Assembly (NCBI GenBank): GCA_951406725.2
Contig: OX597822.1
Span: 114,700,001 to 114,764,000 of the forward strand
Length of the DNA stretch: 64,000 bases
Direction of reading: 5' to 3'
Source of the DNA: Octopus vulgaris
Taxonomy: Eukaryota
The notes under the pieces are model-generated. The model worked only from the letters and a program-made list of their open reading frames with translations. It had not been told where the DNA came from and made no database searches. The position numbers were made by a program, and so were the translations under genes. Position 1 is the stretch's first letter; every line of letters begins with the position of its first letter. This document shows positions 1 through 13,800 of this stretch, in pieces.

Positions 1-360
1 GTCTGTGCAAGACCCTGCCTCAGTAAAGCTGGACTCAAGAGTCGTCTTTGTAGTCATAAAGCGAGACAGATGAGTGACAACCTGGTCACTGGTGGTGGTG
101 TAACACACCATACTAATCATATCTGTTGGGCATGTGGAAGAGAGTGTAATTCGGCAGGGGGACATAAACGACATGCAAAGGTACATGAAGCCCAGTTACA
201 AAAACAGCCGGCTATTACCGGTAAAGGTATTAATTGCCAGTTCTGTACAAGACATTGTAGATCTTTAGCTGGGCTAAAAAGTCACATTCAATCACAGCAC
301 CAGTAACAGTTAAGCTTCGTGCAATGGCCATACTCGATAACGAGGGGGCAGCCATAATAA
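1..360 (+). mobile_element. 3' end of a LINE (RTE-like) with C-terminal C2H2 zinc fingers
   Basis: Frame 1 is open from base 1 to the stop at 306: VCARPCLSKAGLKS..H / CWACGRECNSAGGHKRHAKVH / CQFCTRHCRSLAGLKSHIQSQH. A short 3' UTR ends in ATAATAA and (TATG)n. It lies just upstream of the host last exon, so it is probably intronic. Confidence 0.6.
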
Positions 361-562
361 CGTATGTATGTATGTATGTATGTATGTACGTATGTATGTA
401 TGTATGTATGTATGTATGTATAATGGTGACTTATATCCATCATATCCCTAATTTGTGATCCACGGAACGTTGAATATCATGTATTTTCATTATTGCTGTT
501 GTTGTTGATGTTGTTGTTGTTGTCCAATATGTAATGTACAATATTTTATTTTCTAACCTCAG

Positions 563-750
563 AGGATGAAAAAATGATCGTAGAACCATCCTGTGGTGCC
601 ACACTTGCTGCTGTATACAGTGGTGTTATCCAGAAACTACAACAAGAGAAGAAACTGGGAGACATAAAATCAGCTCTGGTGATAGTTTGTGGAGGCAAAA
701 TGGTGAATTTGGAACTTCTACAGAAATGGAAACTTCAGTTTGGTTTGTGA
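563..750 (+). CDS. SDSL: Terminal coding exon of L-serine dehydratase / serine dehydratase-like (PLP fold type II)
   Basis: Polypyrimidine tract and acceptor ttttctaacctcAG (561-562). Phase-1 exon reads (E)DEKMIVEPSCGATLAAVYSGVIQKLQQEKKLGDIKSALVIVCGGKMVNLELLQKWKLQFGL*, matching the SDS/SDSL C-terminus (VEPACGAALAAVYS...VIVCGG). Not in the ORF track. SDS versus SDSL cannot be resolved. Confidence 0.9.
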
Positions 751-801
751 ACATGACAGGTGTATGTTCATATATGTTTGTAGGGTTTGTAAATTTTCCT
801 C

Positions 802-845
802 AATAAAATGTCATCGATATATTGTAGAGATTTTTGGCTAATAAA
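802..845 (+). promoter_or_regulatory. Candidate polyadenylation signals of the serine dehydratase gene
   Basis: AATAAA at 802-807 and 840-845, 50-95 nt after the stop codon. Confidence 0.5.
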
Positions 846-1595
846 TATCTGTAGAAATTCTTCTGTTTATTGATTTGCCCTGGTGCCGTATCCTGCTCAG
901 CTTACATAGCTGTGCTGGTGACCTTCGCCTATACTAGAACCTGGATGTTAGTGATAAAGAATTCATGGATAGCGACGATAGATTCTGAGCTGACCCACCA
1001 AAACGTTGACTCTGTACACACTGTTCTCGGCCCTGTTCTTCTAATGGTTATTATTTCAGATTCTTTTGTATATTCCTCCGAATGTCACTGTTTGCCTCCC
1101 TCAATGTGCTGCCACAGATAATGCAGAAATTAAAAATAATTATGCAGTAATAAAAAGAAATATATAAGTAAATTACTAATAAAGAATATTCTAAAATTTT
1201 CGAGAAATAAGGGGGATAACTCCTGTTACGTTTCTGTCCTCTTAAACCTTCTCAAGGAAACTTAGCTAGTAATTTATTTGGCGTCTCTGAGAAATTTCTT
1301 CATTAAAATACGCATTAGTGATTCTTTTATATCTACTTCTGGAAAAACGATGATGTTTATGGTTCGCTGAGAGGGTGCAATATGATAAATATATTATCCA
1401 AGGGTGTCTCTCTCATATTTCACATAAATAAAAGTTCGTAAATTAGGCACAAGGTTAGCAATTTCATTGGAAGATTTTGTTGGTGCCATCAAAAGGACTT
1501 GACTGGTATTTCATTTCAATTGTAATTCCAGGCAGTTTGGTTGAGCCCGAAGTTAAAAGCCTACTTTTTTACCACATGTCGCGTTACTGCGCCTA

Positions 1596-3242
<1,647 letters not shown>

Positions 3243-3244
<2 letters not shown>

Positions 3245-3730
3245 AAATGAGAAAATGGAGAAACATACCTAAATCAATCATCAACCATCAGATAATACCC
3301 AATCAATACTTTATTAAACCATTACACAACAGCAATGACATTATACATAATATATTGCAAATATAACTAGACATGGAAATAGAAATAGACATACATATAT
3401 ATAAATAGATATATATATACATATATACACACACATATATATATATATATACATATACACACACAAAAAAAAAAAAAAAACAAAATGAGAAATGAGAAAC
3501 ATACCTAAATCAATCATCAACCATCAGATAATACCCAATCAATATTTATTAAACTATTACACAACAGAATGAATCATAATAATGCTATTGCAAAATAATA
3601 GAAAATACAATTACATCGTAGCTGACAGCTGTTTCGGCCGTGAAGACAGGTATGTCCCATTTAACCTATTAGCCATATAAAGCAGGCATAAATGAGACAT
3701 TAAGAATGTCTCACGGCCTCTTCAGAGAAT
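3243..3730 (-). mobile_element. Non-coding Penelope pseudo-LTR-like element with partial tandem copy (3243-3385 ~ 3481-3610)
   Basis: Internal direct duplication; homologous (inverted) to 62300-62660; carries an HHR. Confidence 0.7.
3620..3727 (-). ncRNA. Type I hammerhead ribozyme with long stem II insert
   Basis: Minus strand: CU-CUGAAGA-GGCCGUGA...UCACGGCC-GAAA-CAGCUG-UC-AG. Stem II 8 bp, palindromic stem III ACAGCUGU, GUC site; stem I only 2 bp. Confidence 0.75.
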
Positions 3731-3811
3731 TTAATGTATGAAAAAAATTTACATATAAATATAATAATAAAAAAATATATAAATGTGTGCATAGACACTC
3801 ATAATTCTACG

Positions 3812-3855
<44 letters not shown>

Positions 3856-3882
3856 CACACACATATATATATATACATATAT

Positions 3883-4014
<132 letters not shown>

Positions 4015-4016
4015 TC

Positions 4017-4175
4017 TACACTCGCGGAGTGGTTGGCGTTAGGAAGAGCATCCAGCTGTAGAAACTCTGCCAGATCAGACTGGAGCCTGGTGCAGCCCCT
4101 GGCTTCCCAGACCCCGGTCGAACCGTCCAACCCGTGCTAGCGCGGAAAACGGACGTTAAACGATGATGATGATGA
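4017..4175 (+). mobile_element. RTE-type 3' tail / SINE fragment ending in (GAT)n
   Basis: GGCGTTAGGAAGAGCATCCAGCTGTAGAAAC...GGACGTTAAACGATGATGATG. Confidence 0.6.
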
Positions 4176-4301
4176 TATATATATATATATTCTTTTATTT
4201 TTTTATATACTTCAGCCCCAAAGATATGGCACTGTCTCTATTATCACCTTTTCAAATATAACGCGCAGATATGCAATGGAATAGTTTATGATGTATGTAT
4301 A

Positions 4302-4333
<32 letters not shown>

Positions 4334-4599
4334 CGCACACACACACACATATGTATATATAAATATAATATATATGTATATATTTAAAGTTTGATAACTT
4401 TGATAGGTTTTGGCCAGTAGAGGCCCAGACCATGTCTATCTTAATAGCACCACCTGGTGTAGTCTTTTAGACATATATGGAGCACCATGGCCCACTCTAG
4501 CAAAGACTTATTATTGTTAGAGGCATATCCTGCTGTAGGAGGCTGGTCCGGGGTTTCTTGAGAAATTAGTCCGGAGAACGTTTGAATTTCATGGGATCC

Positions 4600-5110
4600 G
4601 TTTCCGTTTGAACGTATTTTGGTATTAAAGAGGGCTGGGTTGCTTGAGGTAAAGTAGTTGTGTTGTAATGTTGTTAAGTGCCCTCAGTTCGGCTTTCCAT
4701 GGACTCCAGTGTTGGACAGTTTTTCAGCAGGATTTTGAGGTCCCCTCTGTCAAGTGTCTTGAATTTAAGGTATATGACGTCAGTGTTGGAGTCTTCTCCC
4801 AAAGATTTGAAAATGCCATCAAAATGGTGCAGAAGCTGCGATAGGCAGTCCGTGCCATCACGGAACCCATGCCGGATGGGGTTCAGCAGATTGTAGTCTT
4901 CGAGGAAGTAAGTTATTCACGATCTCACCATCTTCTCAAATACGAGAGATGAGTGAAATCGGACGGTAGACTGCTGCAAGAGATTTGTTTCCTGTTTTGA
5001 AAACTGGAAAGAAAATGATTAGAAATGTAGCCAGCGTCAAATGAGTTCCTCCAGAGCTCAGCGAGAGGCTATGCAATTTGGTGTCGACACATGCTCAGGA
5101 CACTGGCAGG
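4600..5110 (-). mobile_element. Decayed CR1/L2-group LINE reverse transcriptase fragment
   Basis: Minus strand reads PVFKTGNKSLAAVYRPISL, then NPIRHGFRDGTDCLSQLLHHFDGIFKSLGEDSNTDVIYL, then ILLKKLSNTGVHGK. Confidence 0.75.
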
Positions 5111-5811
5111 GAAATATATATATATACATACAACAAAAAATTTTACAAAACATCCCAACAGAAAATTCGTAGCTTATTGCTAATCAACGTTCAAAACATC
5201 AAAGGGAAATAACTCTAGAAGACTCCTAAAAATTACGTGAAGTTAATATAATTTGGAAGAGTTACATCCCTTAGTATATCTTTTGTTTTTCTTCCGTGTT
5301 TAAATCACCTTTATGAAATGTACTGTTGTTGGTTCCTTGTTTCCAACACACCACTTACTGTTTCACGGTATACAAACAGAACTGATTATTATTGTTTGCA
5401 AACAAATGCTGGTCATTTTGATTTCTTAAATTTACGACTTACGACAATATTCATTTTACATTTTACTTTATTATAATTTTAAAAAAATGTTTTTGTTGTT
5501 TGAAGTAATTTTCCAGCGACCATGCAACCGCTCAGTAATCAATGGTCTTCATTGATTAGAGACACTCCACAATTCATTTCATTTTGGTACATAATTTATC
5601 GCCACTATTTATTGAAACGTTTCTGTTATGATGTTAAAAGGAAATCGTGTGTAAACATAAATGCAGGCAGAAAAGAATCTTGCAAACCAAATAGAAAATC
5701 GAAGTATATCTGGCAATGTGTGTATGTGCGCGCGTGTGTTTGTGGATATATATATTTATGGGTGTGTAGGCATATATCTATATGTGTGTGTGTGTATATG
5801 TGTGTGTGTAT

Positions 5812-5869
<58 letters not shown>

Positions 5870-5919
5870 AATAATATACAGACGCATACTAATACACACA
5901 CACACACACACACATATCT

Positions 5920-6070
5920 ACAACGAGATTCTCTGTTTCCGTCCACCAAATCCACTCAGAAGGCTTTGGTCGGCCTGAGGCTAAAGTAGGAGAGACTTGT
6001 AAAAGGTGCCACGCAGTGGAACTGAACCCGGAACCATGTGGTTGGTAAGCAGATTTGCTAACACACAGAT
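5920..6070 (-). mobile_element. tRNA-derived SINE family 1 (5' part)
   Basis: Reverse complement of GGTTCCGGGTTCAGTTCCACTGCGTGGCACCTT (B-box-like head), shared with many copies in the window. Confidence 0.75.
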
Positions 6071-6078
6071 ACGCTGCA

Positions 6079-6127
<49 letters not shown>

Positions 6128-6130
<3 letters not shown>

Positions 6131-6650
6131 GCCAAGGTCAGCAATTTCGGAGGAGAGGTTAGTTGATACTTTCGACCCTAGTGCATGACTGGTACCTATT
6201 TTATTAACTCTGAAATGATGAAGGGCAAAGTCGACCGTGGTGGAATTTGAACTCAGTACGTACAAATGAACGAAAAACCGCTAAGCATTTTGCCCGGCGT
6301 GCTAACGTTTCTGCCAAACTCTCCGAATAACAACAACAACAACAACAGAACGTAGCGGCAGACCGAGTTCAAATTCCGCTTAGGTCGACTTTGCCTTTCG
6401 TCCTTTCGGGGTCGATAATATTAGGCTTTGTGCTCATAGCAGAAAGGATTTGTTATTGTTATATGTGGCATTCTGACAAAATGGTTAGCACGTTGGATAA
6501 GATGCTTTTCATGAGTTCAAATTCCGCCGAGATCGACTTTACATTTTACAACTTTGGGGTCAATGAAATAGGCATCAGTCAAATACTGGGGTCGATGTGA
6601 TCGACTACCCAGCTACATAGAAAGTCCAGGCCTTGTGCTTATAGTAGAAA
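6128..6650. mobile_element. Cluster of SINE family 2 fragments (GTTCAAATTCCGCCGAGGTCGACTTTGCCTTTCATCCTTTCGGGGTCGAT)
   Basis: Motif recurs at 6130-6310 (-), 6365-6450 and 6510-6650 (+), and at 22400-22670, 26515-26660, 34120-34520, 42225-42415, 49810-49880, 51070-51240. Confidence 0.7.
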
Positions 6651-6654
6651 GGAC

Positions 6655-6875
6655 CTGAGCAGGATGGGCTACTCGACCTGACGAAAATTCTGATTGGGCC
6701 CCACCTGCAAGGTCCTGTGCTGCTTATCTTGATATGAGATCACCATGTCGCGCACATATGAATGTGATGTATGCGCCTCGTATATCCTTATCAGACGGGA
6801 AGTCATGATGGGCATATTGGGCTTCGTATATCTGTGCCCCAGTGTCACTTTGATGGTTTGCTGCTCTTACACTCA
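6655..6875 (-). mobile_element. SINE family 3
   Basis: About 220 bp homologous to 44072-44295; orientation tentative. Confidence 0.6.
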
Positions 6876-7069
6876 ATGATGATGACGATGATGATCAGGA
6901 GGAAGAGAATGATGGTGGTAGTGATGATAATGATGATGATGAAGATTTCTTTTATTTCCCCACAGAGGAGTCAGAAGAGAAGGTCATTACAAAATGTGTG
7001 TCGTGTCTTGGGTCAGGAGAAAAAAAGACTAAAACGTGCGGTTGTGGCGAGAAAGAACAAAAAAATGTA

Positions 7070-8720
7070 TTCCTAGTATATCAAATAGGTGAATACATCT
7101 ATGATGCAGGTTTCTTGAGAACCTTCTCGAAAAACGAAGGAAGCCCAATAATCAAGGAAATCCTTGACTACAAAGTGTGCAAGCCTGCCCCTACTCATTG
7201 TTCTCCAAATGACAGGAGCATACTCAGAATGGTTCCATCCCGCCTACCCATTTTTGTCACAGTCGTCCACCTTTTGTAATATTCACTGTAAGAGAACACT
7301 TAAAACTCTGCACTAATTGTTCTTCCCAAGAGCAATGGGAAAAGTTGACGAGAGCTTGATCCGTGAAGTAATTGTATGCCTTCAATCCTATCAATTTCGC
7401 CCACCGCACAACCTCGTTTGCTACAGCCATCAGATAGAGAAACACATCCTGCCACACCATTATTAAAAGAGAATGCTGAGGCGATTCCCACGATAGACTT
7501 GGTCCATAGCTGGATTCGTTCTATATCAGCGACAGCCGTTTGATATGACTCTACAAATCGGCAATGCTCACACAACAGACGAGCGTGTGTACCACTGTTT
7601 CGTCCCTTTACGTGTATTTTGAAACTCTTTTATCGCAGAATATCTAGAGTTTATCTCGAACCCTTTGAGTCTCTGGGGAGAATTGGCAGGTTAAGGAGTT
7701 TTGAAAATTATCCATGGCAGTCCCCAGCATGGAAGTCCTGAGGAACACGTCACCCAATTTGTCCTTGTCTCTTCGACGTCACCGAGAATTACCCTATACA
7801 GAAAGAAATAGTGATGAGTTACCTCTCTTATCTACATATGTCCTCTATATATTGGTAAAGCGGGTGTTAGACTGAGCGTATTAACCAACTGGTAGATGTC
7901 GGTGAGTGACATCTATCAGTCGACATTCCAGTTAGACTCCAAAATTTGGGTCTTTTCATCACAGAGAACTTCATCTCCACCAAAAGGACGGTTTATAAAA
8001 ATGCATGTATTAGAAACGGCTGTCACAGCTACTCACCGTCAAGGAATTTCTGCAAGTGGGGCAGCTTCAGAGCGTGTCCGCATCGGTAGTGATGGCATAC
8101 CTGGCACGGCCTCTAGAAAATTCTAGGAACAGATGGATCGCCTAAAGAGGAATACCTCTTGCACTTAAAGAGAGATCAGGATGGAAAAAGCTTAACTGTG
8201 GCGGAAGGAAGTAGATTATTACTAGATTATTTACAGAACAGCATAGAAAAGTAAAAGCAATGAATAAGGAACAGATAATGAAATCTGGAAAAGGAGAAAA
8301 GGTCAAGAATGAAATTCAAAGAGAACGTGGTCAGTTTTGGAAAATCACCAAGGTTGTATATGGAGCACCGTCCTTGGTTTGGTTAGAAAAAAAAAGGGGG
8401 GGGGGCAATTGGAAAAAGAAATAGAGAGCAGTATAGTAGCAAGTATAATGACAACAGCCTTTCCATGGGAATAACTAGATTTGGTGGTGTAGAATTAACA
8501 TTTGGTGATATTACGGTGAATAGTCAGAATGGATGGGACAGTAGTGAATAATTACTGTGCCATCGAGCACAGAGCAGCCATATCTAGACTGTGGGGCACC
8601 ACTGGTTTGGAATTCATTAAGAGGGTACAGATTTAGCGACAACAATAAGTTAGTTCATTCTCTCTGGTGATGAATACTGCAGGCTGGTGGAGTATATGGA
8701 GTCTCTAGCGGAAGCAGAGT
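7070..8720 (-). mobile_element. Highly decayed LINE (CR1/L2-like) remnants
   Basis: Balanced GC content and fragments such as ADIERIQLW and EIDRIEGIQ on the minus strand; many frameshifts. Confidence 0.4.
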
Positions 8721-8768
8721 TGGAAATTGCAGATTCCTGTGAATATATGTGTTTACGCATGAGTATGT

Positions 8769-8817
<49 letters not shown>

Positions 8818-9091
8818 TGTGTGTGTGTGCGTGTATGTGTGCGCGCGCGCGTATCAGTGTATGTGTGAATATGTGCGCGTGCGCTTATTTATTTCATATA
8901 TAATGTTATTGATATAACATATATAATGATATTGAAATAATTTCATTGAAAACAGTTTCCGTAGACGCTATAGTTCACAAAAACATGATCCAATTTCAAT
9001 GAACAAATGCTGATGAAGTCTACAAGGGACACAACTCTTACAAATGCCGAGATGTCTTGAAGAGTTATGTCCCTCACATTAGGAACTGTAT

Positions 9092-9770
9092 TATTATTGC
9101 TGTCGAACAGATTTTCGAAATCAGTAAATGTATTTACTTGAAAATCTTTATATATATATCTTGCACGGTGAGTCGTTCGTCGACAAGCAGTCCCTACAAC
9201 ACGTTGATAATAGGCAATACACCTTGAAACCTAGGTCCGTGTGTGGCATCCGCTTCTTGGGGAATGATCTCCCTTTGCAAGATAGAGGACGCCGTGATGG
9301 CGTCGGCCTATCTGGTGACGTTGATGTTCGCCTGGGGCTAAATGCAACAGTGACACCCCCACCACCCTGCCCTGTCCCTAGCCATATTCAGTTGGCTAAT
9401 GTCCCTTATATTATGGAGCAGTCACTGTCTATATCTCATTTAGAGAATTATTATTGCTGTCGAACAGATTTTCGAAATCAGTAAATGTATTTACTTGAAA
9501 ATCTTTATATATATATCTTGCACGGTGAGTCGTTCGTCGAGAAGCGGTGCCTACCACACGTTGATAATAGGCAATACACCTTGAAACCTAGGTCCGTGTG
9601 TGGCATCCGCTTCTTGGGGAATGATCTCCCTTTGCAAGATAGAGGACGCCGTGATGGCGTCGGCCTATCTGGTGACGTTGATGTTCGCCTGGGGCTAAAT
9701 GCAACAGTGACACCCCCACCACCCTGCCCTGTCCCTAGCCATATTCAGTTTGCTAATGTCCCTTATATTA
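9092..9770. repeat. Near-identical 357-bp tandem duplication
   Basis: Duplicated ORFs start at 9128 and 9485 (period 357) with only a few substitutions. Confidence 0.95.
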
Positions 9771-10451
9771 TCTAATAATTGTTTCAGTCAATATAAACCA
9801 ATCGCGGGAATATACACAGGCGCGCGCACACACACACACACACACTCACACACACACACACACACACACACACCACACCACACATATGCATAGACGTGAC
9901 TGTGTACTTGAAGACGTCAGTTTTAAAACCATGCAGTTAAGGGATCAGTCTAACTTTAAGCCAAATTTGGCATTTATCTTCTAGTTGGGGGTCAGTGTTC
10001 TTCATTTAGTAGATGGAAACTACGTGCCCCACCGTTCCTCTCTCTCTCCCCTCCCTCTTTCTCTCTCTATTCCTGTGAAATAGACATTTACACCTTGTTT
10101 AGGTCAGTAGAATGGCGATAATTTTGTATAAGTGGCTGTTAAAATATTGAATAGCTTCCAAGATAGATATATGGGCTGGTATTTTGTGGTGCCTTCATCC
10201 TTAATTACAACGAATTCCCTATATTACCAGTACTTTAATTAACGGATCCCGAAGATATGAAAGACACGTTTGTGATCAAGGAACCAGAAGATGCTCTGAC
10301 GATCCTGCCAATCAATGTTCAACGTTCTGTTATCGGTTCTAACACTGATACAAGGCAAGACATTTGAGTAAGAGGTACAATATGTCTCAAAATCAAGAGC
10401 TGATCGACGCACTGGGGTTATGTCAATAGTTTGCACCAATTAAAGGTCGCT

Positions 10452-10622
10452 TAGGCGTGACTGTGTGGTAAGTAGCTTGCTTAGCAACCACATGGTTCCG
10501 GGTTCAATCCCACTGCGTGGCACCTTGGGCAAATGTCTTCTATAACCTCGGGCCGACCAAAGCTTTGTGAGTGGGTTTGGTAGACGTAGACAGATACTGA
10601 AAGAAACATGTCGCATATATAA

Positions 10623-10716
<94 letters not shown>

Positions 10717-10957
10717 TGTGCGTACGTGTGTGTGTGTGTGTGCATGTTTGTGTGTCTGTGTTTGTCTCCCCAACATCGCTTGACAACTGATGCTGGCGTA
10801 TTTACGTCCCCGTAACTTAGCGGTTCGACGAAAGAGACCCATAGAGTAAGGACTAGGCTTACAAAGAATAATTCTTGGGGTCGATTTGTTCGACTAAAGG
10901 CGGTGCTCCAGCATGGCCGCAGTCAAATGACTGAAACAAGTAAAAGAATAAAAGAAT
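10452..10957 (+). mobile_element. Full-length SINE family 1 with internal (TA)(TG) microsatellite
   Basis: A-box-like TGACTGTGTGGTAAG, B-box-like GGTTCAATCCC, tail TGACTGAAACAAGTAAAAGAATA. Confidence 0.85.
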
Positions 10958-10970
10958 GTATGCCCGTGTA

Positions 10971-11148
10971 TATTCTTTTACTTGTTTCAGTCATTTGACT
11001 GCGGCCATGCTGGAGCACCGCCTTTAGTCGAACAAATCGACCCCAAGAATTATTCTTTGTAAGCCTACTACTTATTCTATCGATCCTTTTGCCGAACCGC
11101 TATGTTTCGGGGATGCAAATACACCAACATTATTTGTCAAACTATGGT

Positions 11149-11191
<43 letters not shown>

Positions 11192-11203
11192 AGAAACATA
11201 TGC

Positions 11204-11246
<43 letters not shown>

Positions 11247-11420
11247 CATACATACGACAGGTTCCTTTTAGTTTCCGTCTACCAAGTCCATTCACAAGGC
11301 TTCGGTCGGCCCCTGGCTATAGTAGAAGACACTTGCCCAAGGTGCCATGCAGTGGGACTGAACCCGGAACCATGTGGTTGGGAAGCACGCTTCTTTACAC
11401 ACAGCCACACTTGCGCCTAA
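10971..11420 (-). mobile_element. Full-length SINE family 1, tail-to-tail with the previous copy
   Basis: Reverse complement of the same family. Confidence 0.85.
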
Positions 11421-11524
11421 GTACATATATACCTTTTATCTTTTTCTTGTTTCATTTCCCTTGGCTGCAACCAGGCTGGGGCATCGCCTTGAAATATCAT
11501 GCTTGTCGAACGAATCAACCATAG

Positions 11525-12485
11525 TATCAGGTCGTCAAGTATGTAATTTGTAGTAAGGTATATGGTAAACTTTGACAGCTGCTCTTTTTGCACCATTATT
11601 ATATTTTGATAATCTTTATTTTTTGCTAGAAAGCTGACACATCTATTTCTTTATTCTAACTCATTTTGCACTTTATAAAGTATTTATAAATCGTTTTTTG
11701 CTGTTTTTATTTAGAGATGGATAAGTCGGAAATTCGTAGAGTTTTGAAATATGAGTTCTTTTTTTGGAAATACAGCCTCACAGACACCTCGGAATATTAA
11801 TAGAGTATTTCATTCTAATGTTATCACACCGTAGACAGTATCACCACCGTTGAGTCAGATCCACCTCAAAATGTCCGTGAATTATCGTTGTTGTTTGGTG
11901 TTAGCAAGCAAACAATATTGACTCACCTGGTTCAAATCGCTAAAGGGAAAAAGTTGGATAAATGGGTTCCAGAAAGAGCAGCGTTTGGAAGACTGCATTA
12001 TGCTACTTTCTCGTCCTAAAAATGAATCATTTTGAATCGAATTGTAATATGTGACGAGAAAGAGATCCAAGGCAACAACCGTAAACGTTCAACACAATGG
12101 TTGGACAAAGACGAGCCACCAAAACACAGTTCAAAAAGCAAAATTCATCAGTAGTCGATGCTGTGTTTAGTGTTCTTGCGCGGGTCTGATCCATTAGGAT
12201 TTTATTAAACCTGGCTCATCAATCACGACGAAAGTATACTGCGGCCAACTGGACCAAATGATGCAGAAACTTACAGAAAACAAACAAAAAAAACCCAGTC
12301 AAGATTAGTCAACAGATCCACTCTTATTTTATTACAAGACAACGCCAGACCACATAACGCAAAAATGACATTGGTGAAACTACAGGATTTGGAGCGGGAA
12401 GTTCTCCATCAACCACTATACACACATGATCTTGCTCCCACTGACTACCACTTCTTCCAGAATTTGGATAACTTTTTGATAGGAA
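11525..12485 (+). mobile_element. Decayed mariner (DD34D, SETMAR-like) transposon
   Basis: ATG at 11717 MDKSEIRRVLKYEF, then KLDKWVP, RIVICDEK, LLQDNARPH, LYTHDLAPTDYHFFQNLDNFL; TIR-like start TATCAGGTCGTC; frameshifted. Confidence 0.9.
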
Positions 12486-12559
12486 AAAAAAAACGTAAAA
12501 GAATATTCTTTTACGTTAACATGGTGGACAGGTCAGTTTTAGCTTCCCTACTATTATAA

Positions 12560-13168
12560 TGTAAACCTTTTTGAACTCATAATATTCTGTGCGTGTATAC
12601 CAATATTCTACTGAACTTTTTAATAATTCCTTCTGGAAATTATCTTGAGAATGTATAATATATTTGTTGTAATCTTTTGTGCCCAATATTTCAATGAACA
12701 TGTTAAACTTTTTTATGTTCTTAACATGCTCTTGTCACCAAAGAATGTATATATATGTATTGTAGTACTCTGTGTCAACCAATATTCTGTGCGTGTTTGA
12801 ATATACATATACAATACCAATACCAATATCCCACTGAACTTTTTAATAAATCCTTCTGGAAACTATCTTAAGCATGTTCTTGAGAATGATTATTTATGTT
12901 GTAATCTTTTGTGCCCAATATTTTAAGGAACTTGTTAAACTTTTTTATGTCCTTAACACGTCCTTGTTACCAAAGACTGTATATATGTAATGTAGCAATT
13001 TGCAACAACCAATAATTAACGCAACCAAACTTCCACATGTTACTTTTGACAATCTTTTTCCAAAGAGTGAAACCGGTAAAGTAAATAAACATCTTTTAAA
13101 TTGCATTTTCAAACCTTCTTTCGTATATAATTCCACTCGTGCAGTACCCAACAACTCCACTTTGTTAT
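12560..13168 (+). mobile_element. Non-coding pseudo-LTR/retrozyme-like element with internal tandem duplication and an HHR
   Basis: 12580-12780 ~ 12780-13000; homologous to 46750-47115; ends in (TA)n. Confidence 0.7.
13040..13084 (+). ncRNA. Type I hammerhead ribozyme, U3:A8 core variant
   Basis: UUACUU-UUGACAA-U[CUUUUU..AAAGAG]U-GAAA-CCGG-UA-AAGUAA. Stem I 6 bp, palindromic stem III ACCGGU, U.U at the stem II base. Confidence 0.7.
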
Positions 13169-13182
13169 ATATATATATATAC

Positions 13183-13241
<59 letters not shown>

Positions 13242-13281
13242 CATACATATATATATATATATACACATATATACATACATA

Positions 13282-13322
<41 letters not shown>

Positions 13323-13323
13323 A

Positions 13324-13354
<31 letters not shown>

Positions 13355-13370
13355 TATATATGTATGCATG

Positions 13371-13407
<37 letters not shown>

Positions 13408-13414
13408 CACAAAC

Positions 13415-13565
13415 ATGGATGCGTGGTCAAGAAGATAGCTTTGTGACCTATTCGTTTCGAGTTTAGCCCTACTGCGCAGCATCGTGGGCAAGTATTGGCA
13501 ATAAGACCCACGGGCCTTTCAATGATGTGCAAGTGAATTTGCGAGTAACATGTGGAAGCTAGTAG

Positions 13566-13600
<35 letters not shown>

Positions 13601-13800
13601 ATCTCTTCCCCTCTCCACATAACAACCGGGGCTGATTTGCTTACGTCCTCGTCATTTAACAGTTGGAGAAACGGAACCGATAAAATAAGTTCCAGAAGTT
13701 TTCTCTTTTTTTTTAAGTACTGGATCCGATTTGTTCGGCTAAACCTTTCAAGGGCTGCCCCAGCATCGCTGCAGACCAACGAATGAAACAAGAGAAAGAT
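13415..13800 (+). mobile_element. Diverged SINE family 1
   Basis: Degenerate head and the GGCTGCCCCAGCATCGCTGCAG..ATGAAACAAG tail. Confidence 0.65.

Noticed and set aside
70-306. Host C2H2 zinc-finger gene
   Set aside because: Fingers of the xxGLxxH type without TGEKP linkers, followed by a short UTR and simple-repeat tail, fit a LINE C-terminus better
9128-9775. Duplicated 118-aa and 96-aa ORFs as genes
   Set aside because: No recognisable domain; explained by the tandem duplication
10452-10530. tRNA genes at A/B-box-like sites
   Set aside because: These are SINE heads that continue into a shared body and tail, with no full cloverleaf
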